Assembly (NCBI GenBank): GCA_965238275.1 | Contig: OZ250186.1 | Span: forward strand, 832,001 to 896,000 | Direction: 5' to 3' | Source of the DNA: Nitrosopumilus sp. | Lineage (GTDB): Archaea; Thermoproteota; Nitrososphaeria; Nitrososphaerales; Nitrosopumilaceae | Length of the DNA stretch: 64,000 bases | Shown: one piece after another, positions 59,109 to 64,000 of the stretch | Layout of the letters: the number at the start of each line of letters is the position of its first letter | Numbering within the stretch: position 1 is the first letter of the stretch | Made by a program: the position numbers and the translations under genes | The notes under the pieces: generated by a model | Seen by the model: the letters and a program-made list of their open reading frames with translations, nothing else | Database searches by the model: none | What the model was told of the DNA's origin: nothing

Positions 59109-59642
59109 TCAGTAGCCAAAGAACCTTTGCAGGTCGCCTTTTTGTGTCACCTCTTCAAGCCAGTCTATCCTGGCGTGCGGCGCATCCCCTGATATTGCAG
59201 ACATGACTGCCGATGTCGACTCGTCTATGCCGGATCCTGTGGTGTCGATCTCAAATGCCTTTTCTCCGAACTTTTCAAGCGAGTATGCTGCAATCACTCC
59301 GAGTATCTCGCTGCCTGCGTTGTCCCTTATCTTCTCCTCGGGGTATCCCCTGGACTGGTACACCCGGACCAGCTCGTACGGGTTTCGCCTTAGTATGATT
59401 ACTGTGCCTGTCTGGCCTGCATCCAGTGCGTACGGTGCCAGGTGTCCCACTATCACTGCCTCGTCTGTGGGGCCCATCATGCTGCCAAGCATGTCTGTGT
59501 CCACCACGCCGTCTGGACCGGCAAGGCCTGCATCTGCTGCCACCCTGTTTGTGTCGATGATGGCATATCCTAGCCTTTTGGCAATCTTTTTGGATATGGT
59601 GTGTTTGCCGACCCCAGGACTTCCCGTGATTACTACTGACAT
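59109..59642 (-). CDS. adenylate kinase, AK6/Fap7 family
   Basis: ITGSPGVGK, VGHL, RGYPEEKIRDN..SEI, IDW; start reassigned to MSVVITG. Confidence 0.88.
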   Translation of the reverse strand: MSVVITGSPGVGKHTISKKIAKRLGYAIIDTNRVAADAGLAGPDGVVDTDMLGSMMGPTDEAVIVGHLAPYALDAGQTGTVIILRRNPYELVRVYQSRGYPEEKIRDNAGSEILGVIAAYSLEKFGEKAFEIDTTGSGIDESTSAVMSAISGDAPHARIDWLEEVTQKGDLQRFFGY

Positions 59643-59887
59643 GGTGTGGAGTTGATGCAGCCTTGTTAAATCATTTTCAGGTTGGTGACTGAGGCGGCAA
59701 TAGCATGTGTGGCGCAGACGGCCCTTCTCCAAATACGGGTGATGTGTGCTGGCCTGCATCCATGCATCAGTATGCCTGGGAACAAAGTATGTCCAGGATG
59801 GTGCCGTCCATGGACGATCCGGCTGCCACCTGTGCATGAGAACCCCCGCGGCTTAATACTAATAAATAGAATCGTGTTTCTGAATGT

Positions 59888-61075
59888 GTGCAGATAGGTC
59901 TGATAGGCAAGGCAAACGTGGGCAAGTCGACATTCTTCTCGGCTGCAACACAGACTGATGTGGCATCTGGCAACTTTCCATTTACCACGATAGAGCCAAA
60001 CATCGGCGTGGCGTTTGTCAGGACCGGCTGCGCATGCAGGCACTTTGGCATTACGCACCAAAACGATCTATGCGTCGATGGCACCCGGCTTGTTCCGGTA
60101 AAGCTTGTGGATGTGGCGGGGCTGGTCCCCGGCGCGCATGACGGAAAGGGCCTCGGGAACCAGTTTCTTGATGATGCAAGGCAGGCACACGTGCTGGTGC
60201 ATGTGGTGGATGCTGCCGGAGCCACCGACATCCAGGGACAGCCTGTTCCTGCAGGAACGCATGATCCACTTGAGGATGTCGCCTTTGTCCAGGACGAGTT
60301 TGACCAGTGGTTTGCAGACATACTCCGAAGGGAATGGTACAAGGTTATCCGCGAGGTGGACCAAAAGAGGGCAAAGATTGTAGACGGCATTGCAAAGCGG
60401 TTTACAGGTCTTGGAATTACGGATTCGCAGGTGCAGGACATACTGCAGAGGATTGGCCTTATCTCCAAGAATCCAAAGGAGTGGACAGACCCTGACATCA
60501 TGGCATTTGTCAGGGAGCTGAGGAGCGGTACCAAACCCATGATAATTGCGGCAAACAAGGCAGACTTGTGCAGGGACATCTCAATACTTGACAGGGTTGA
60601 ATCGGTTGCAATTCCGTGCAGCGCAGAAACCGAACTGCTTTTGCGAAAGGCATCCGGTGCAGGCATGATAAAATACTCGCCTGGCGACGGGGACTTTGCA
60701 GTACGGGAGGGGGTGAATCCCTCGCCCCCGCAGCAAAAGGCCCTTGATCTTGCACGATCCGTCTTCTCCAAGATTCCGTCTACCGGAATCCAAAAGATAC
60801 TGGACACTGCAGTCTTTGAGAGTCTGGGGTATATCGTGGCGTATCCTGTGGAGGATGAGACAAAACTTACCGACAAGAACGGCAGGATACTCCCGGATGC
60901 AAAACTGCTCCCGCCTGGCTCCACTGCCAGGGATCTGGCAGGACTGGTTCATGCAGATATTGCCAAGGGATTCCTGCACGCAATCGACTGCAAGACCAGA
61001 CAGAGGATAGGGGGCAGCCACGTCCTCAAGGACGGCGACGTAGTCAAGGTGGTATCGACCCTGGGCAGGGGATAG
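59888..61075 (+). CDS. ychF: Obg-family YchF-like ATPase/GTPase
   Basis: GKANVGKST, FPFTTIEPN, DVAGL, ANKAD, TGS domain. Confidence 0.92.
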   Translation: MQIGLIGKANVGKSTFFSAATQTDVASGNFPFTTIEPNIGVAFVRTGCACRHFGITHQNDLCVDGTRLVPVKLVDVAGLVPGAHDGKGLGNQFLDDARQAHVLVHVVDAAGATDIQGQPVPAGTHDPLEDVAFVQDEFDQWFADILRREWYKVIREVDQKRAKIVDGIAKRFTGLGITDSQVQDILQRIGLISKNPKEWTDPDIMAFVRELRSGTKPMIIAANKADLCRDISILDRVESVAIPCSAETELLLRKASGAGMIKYSPGDGDFAVREGVNPSPPQQKALDLARSVFSKIPSTGIQKILDTAVFESLGYIVAYPVEDETKLTDKNGRILPDAKLLPPGSTARDLAGLVHADIAKGFLHAIDCKTRQRIGGSHVLKDGDVVKVVSTLGRG

Positions 61076-61076
61076 C

Positions 61077-62060
61077 ATGCTGGGATTGGGAATAGAGAGC
61101 ACTGCGCACACGTTCTCATGTGCTGTAATGGAGAGAAACGGGGACCAGGGACGCATACTGTCTGATGTCAGGAAGATATACCGGCCAGAGAAGGGCGAGG
61201 GGATTCATCCGCGGGAGGCATCAAGGCACCATGCCGCAGAAAGTTCGGATGTGCTGGCACAGTGCCTTACAGATGCAGGTGTACGAATAGGGGATCTTGA
61301 CATTGTTTCGTATGCTGCAGGACCCGGACTCGGACCGTGCCTGCGCGTGGGCGCGGTGGTCGCGCGATCGCTTGCGTCATTTTATGACATTCCGATATAT
61401 CCTGTGAATCATGCAATAGGACACATCGAGCTGGGACGATTACTCACCGGTGCAAGGAATCCGCTTGTGCTTTTGGTGTCCGGGGGGCACACCATGCTTC
61501 TTGCGTTTCTAAACAGGCAGTGGCGCGTCTTTGGCGAGACCCTTGACATTACGCTGGGGCAGCTGCTGGACCAGTTCGGACGATCCATCGGGTTTGCCTC
61601 CCCGTGCGGGCCTGACATAGAGAGGCTTGCATCAGACTCGTCCGGGTACGTCCCGCTGCCCTACTCTGTAAAGGGAAACGACGTCTCGTTTTCGGGCCTG
61701 TTGTCTGCTGCAAAGTCTGCAGCGCAGGGCAGCAGAAATGATGCATGCTACTCGCTCCAGGAGACGGCATTTGCCATGATTTGCGAGACAGTGGAACGCG
61801 CCCTGTCCTTTACAGGCAAGAGGGAGCTGATGATAGTGGGAGGGGTTGCGGCAAACAAGAGACTCTCTGAGATGCTAAGGGATGTATGTGCAAGGCACGC
61901 ATGCAGGCTTTTCGTGGTACCGCTAAAGTATGCCGGCGACTGTGGGAGCCAGATATGCTGGACCGGCCTTCTTGAATCCACGGTCAAGGAGGGTACGCCT
62001 CTTGAGGATACCTTTGTCACCCAGTCATGGCGGCTGGACTCCGTGGTTGTGCAATACTAA
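61077..62060 (+). CDS. kae1: KEOPS t6A synthase Kae1
   Basis: GIESTAH, GPGLGPCL, NHAIGHIE, VSGGHT, ETLD, GGVAAN. Confidence 0.95.
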   Translation: MLGLGIESTAHTFSCAVMERNGDQGRILSDVRKIYRPEKGEGIHPREASRHHAAESSDVLAQCLTDAGVRIGDLDIVSYAAGPGLGPCLRVGAVVARSLASFYDIPIYPVNHAIGHIELGRLLTGARNPLVLLVSGGHTMLLAFLNRQWRVFGETLDITLGQLLDQFGRSIGFASPCGPDIERLASDSSGYVPLPYSVKGNDVSFSGLLSAAKSAAQGSRNDACYSLQETAFAMICETVERALSFTGKRELMIVGGVAANKRLSEMLRDVCARHACRLFVVPLKYAGDCGSQICWTGLLESTVKEGTPLEDTFVTQSWRLDSVVVQY

Positions 62061-62091
62061 ACCTTCGACCCGGTACAGGTTGTGCGGGGAC

Positions 62092-62424
62092 TTACACTGC
62101 TGCTGCTGCTGCATCCATTGCAGCCTGGATGGACTTGAGCCAGCCCTTTGTGTTGAATACGCCAAACTTGTATGTCTGGGAACCGTCCTGTGTTTCTGCA
62201 GTAAAACATACCTTCTTCATAAGCAGGCCCTCCTTCCACACCCTTGTAACGTCCCCTAGCGGCACGTCCAGTATGGTATCGCCGATGTGTTTTGAAAAAT
62301 CCATCATCCTTGCGCGGGTCTTGTCAAAGGCCAGCCTCTGGTTTGTCAAGGTCAGGATTCCAAGGCCAAGCTTGTCCTCGCTGCAGTCCTCCTGCTTGAG
62401 CCTCTTCTCCCCATCCTCCATCAA
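62092..62424 (-). CDS. hypothetical protein (PH/GRAM-like)
   Basis: GILTLTNQRLAF pattern. Confidence 0.65.
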   Translation of the reverse strand: MMEDGEKRLKQEDCSEDKLGLGILTLTNQRLAFDKTRARMMDFSKHIGDTILDVPLGDVTRVWKEGLLMKKVCFTAETQDGSQTYKFGVFNTKGWLKSIQAAMDAAAAAV

Positions 62425-62449
62425 CTTTTATTGAATTTCTCTGGTTATA

Positions 62450-63076
62450 ATGTTAATGAAGCTGCTAAAGAGGGGCGCGGAGGCTGACATATACCAGACA
62501 GTCTGGCACGGTGCAGAGGCGATCCTCAAGATCCGCACGCCCCGCAAATACCGCAACCCGGTGCTTGACCTTAGGATACGGAGGCAGAGGACCGTAAGGG
62601 AGTCGCAGATGATATCCCATGTAAAGTCCCTTGGGGTTCCGACCCCGCTTGTCTATTTTGTAAACCACAAGCAGACGTCCATAGTAATGCAGATGATTCG
62701 CGGAACGCCGATTCACGACCTGCCAGAATCCCGGATAGTAGACGCATCCGGAGGTATGGGGAAACTGGTCGGCACGCTGCACAGGAATGGCGTAATGCAC
62801 GGGGATCTTACCACATCCAACTTTATCCTCCTTGGGGACACGCTCTTCATCATCGACTTTGGGCTGTCCCAGAGCACCATAAAGCCTGAGGACCATGCAG
62901 TGGACCTGAGGCTGATCAAGGAGATTCTCAACAGTGCGCATACCCAGGTTATGGAGCAGGCATGGAAGAATTTTCTTGCAGGGTACAAGTCTGTAGTGGG
63001 GCGTCCCCGTTATGCCATGATTACAAGACTGGTCTCTGAGATTGAGGGACGCGGGAGGTACGCCCGGGTTGTCTGA
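62450..63076 (+). CDS. bud32: KEOPS kinase Bud32
   Basis: RGAEA, HGDLTTSN, IDFGL, AVDL, RGRY. Confidence 0.95.
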   Translation: MLMKLLKRGAEADIYQTVWHGAEAILKIRTPRKYRNPVLDLRIRRQRTVRESQMISHVKSLGVPTPLVYFVNHKQTSIVMQMIRGTPIHDLPESRIVDASGGMGKLVGTLHRNGVMHGDLTTSNFILLGDTLFIIDFGLSQSTIKPEDHAVDLRLIKEILNSAHTQVMEQAWKNFLAGYKSVVGRPRYAMITRLVSEIEGRGRYARVV

Positions 63077-63614
63077 TCTTGCCTTTGTCTCATCAAACCA
63101 GAACAAGTACCGGGAGGCCCAGACGATACTGGAATCCCTTGGGGTAGGCATTGAATTTCTCAGGCATGATCTCCCAGAGATCCAGTCTGACTCCCTGGAG
63201 ATCATCGCCTCGGCCAAGGCCAGGGAGGCGTTTTCGGAGTTTGCAAGGCCCGTGCTGGTAGAGGATGCAGGGCTGTTCATAGACTCCCTGCAGGGATTCC
63301 CCGGGCCGTACTCCTCGTACGTGCTTGGAACCATCGGATGCAGGGGAATAATTAATCTGACCGGGCAGGACAGGGCGGCAAGGTTTGTCTCAGTCGTCGC
63401 ATACTGTGACGGAGATGCCCTAAAGTCGTTTGAAGGCAGGATATGCGGTACCATATCCGAGTTCGCTAGGGGAGCCGGCTGGGGGTACGACCCTGTCTTC
63501 ATACCTGATGGATCAGAACAGACGTTTGCCGAGATGGATGTCAAGGACGAAATATCCCACAGGCATCGCTCCCTGGAGGTCTTTTCTAGGTGGTATCTGA
63601 ATAGGCGCGTATAA
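63069..63614 (+). CDS. rdgB: non-canonical purine NTP pyrophosphatase (HAM1/RdgB)
   Basis: SSNQNK, EIQ, VEDAGL, GFPGPY, GYDPVF, ISHR. Confidence 0.93.
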   Translation: MSDLAFVSSNQNKYREAQTILESLGVGIEFLRHDLPEIQSDSLEIIASAKAREAFSEFARPVLVEDAGLFIDSLQGFPGPYSSYVLGTIGCRGIINLTGQDRAARFVSVVAYCDGDALKSFEGRICGTISEFARGAGWGYDPVFIPDGSEQTFAEMDVKDEISHRHRSLEVFSRWYLNRRV

Positions 63615-64000
63615 ACCGGTCAATGGGACGGCTGCTGTTCTGCAGGACGGATATTCTTGAGACATAGCTTTCGTCCATAACTGAAAAGATCCCGCTCTGC
63701 TCTGCAGCCGTGTTGCTGAAATCCCTGACCTCCTGCATGTCCAGCATGTCTGAATGCTCCAGCCTGTTTGTAGAACGGCCTATGTGCATGTATGATTTTA
63801 TCTCTATGAAATGGGGGCTTGATCGCCTGAACATCTCTGCAAACGGCTTGATCATGTCCTGGTGATCGTTATATCCGCGGATCAGCGTAACCCTCAGGAC
63901 GGTCCTGGTATCAAGGTGCCTTAGCATGTCAAGGGTTCTGTTCCATCTCTCCCACGAGTCGTCATACCTTGGCTTGTTTATCCTGATGAAAGAGTCATAG
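63586..64000 (-). CDS. taw1: 4-demethylwyosine synthase TYW1/Taw1, C-terminal part
   Basis: RTVLRVTLIRGYN, FIEIKSYMHIGRS..RL; runs off window end. Confidence 0.85.
   Translation of the reverse strand, partial: YDSFIRINKPRYDDSWERWNRTLDMLRHLDTRTVLRVTLIRGYNDHQDMIKPFAEMFRRSSPHFIEIKSYMHIGRSTNRLEHSDMLDMQEVRDFSNTAAEQSGIFSVMDESYVSRISVLQNSSRPIDRFIRAYSDTT

Noticed and set aside
59650-59860. Possible structured ncRNA between adenylate kinase and ychF
   Set aside because: No SRP, RNase P or C/D box hallmarks recognised.

Overview
This window is archaeal chromosome. The gene content (tiaS, tgtA, csl4, dph2, kae1/bud32, taw1, Rieske-cytochrome b-cupredoxin cluster, thaumarchaeal C-terminal surface domain) points to an ammonia-oxidising Nitrosopumilaceae member. 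The fairly high GC and IS load suggest a host-associated lineage such as a sponge symbiont (inference). The backbone carries pterin synthesis, guaB, pheA, a his operon, HMG-CoA reductase, complex III, KEOPS genes and two tRNAs; one tRNA has a BHB intron in the D-loop. Main accessory content: (1) a five-gene cassette at 7.4-13.1 kb with a Na+:solute symporter, a divergent His-tailed chaperonin with altered ATPase motifs, a NiCoT/UreH-like transporter, an orphan urease-gamma homologue and a ureohydrolase, possibly an undescribed Ni-ureohydrolase maturation system; (2) a fusion of HTH, nucleotidyltransferase and TFB cyclin domains with an operator palindrome; (3) two more NTase/HTH toxin-antitoxin-like pairs; (4) a 1579-aa repeat surface protein; (5) three copies of an IS6-like element with a SWIM domain and an AbrB-like passenger gene; (6) a five-element nested IS stack (IS66 in IS5 in IS6, plus IS630 in IS6, all inside an IS1341-type tnpB) whose target duplications can be read directly. 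All family calls come from motif recognition by eye; no database searches were run.
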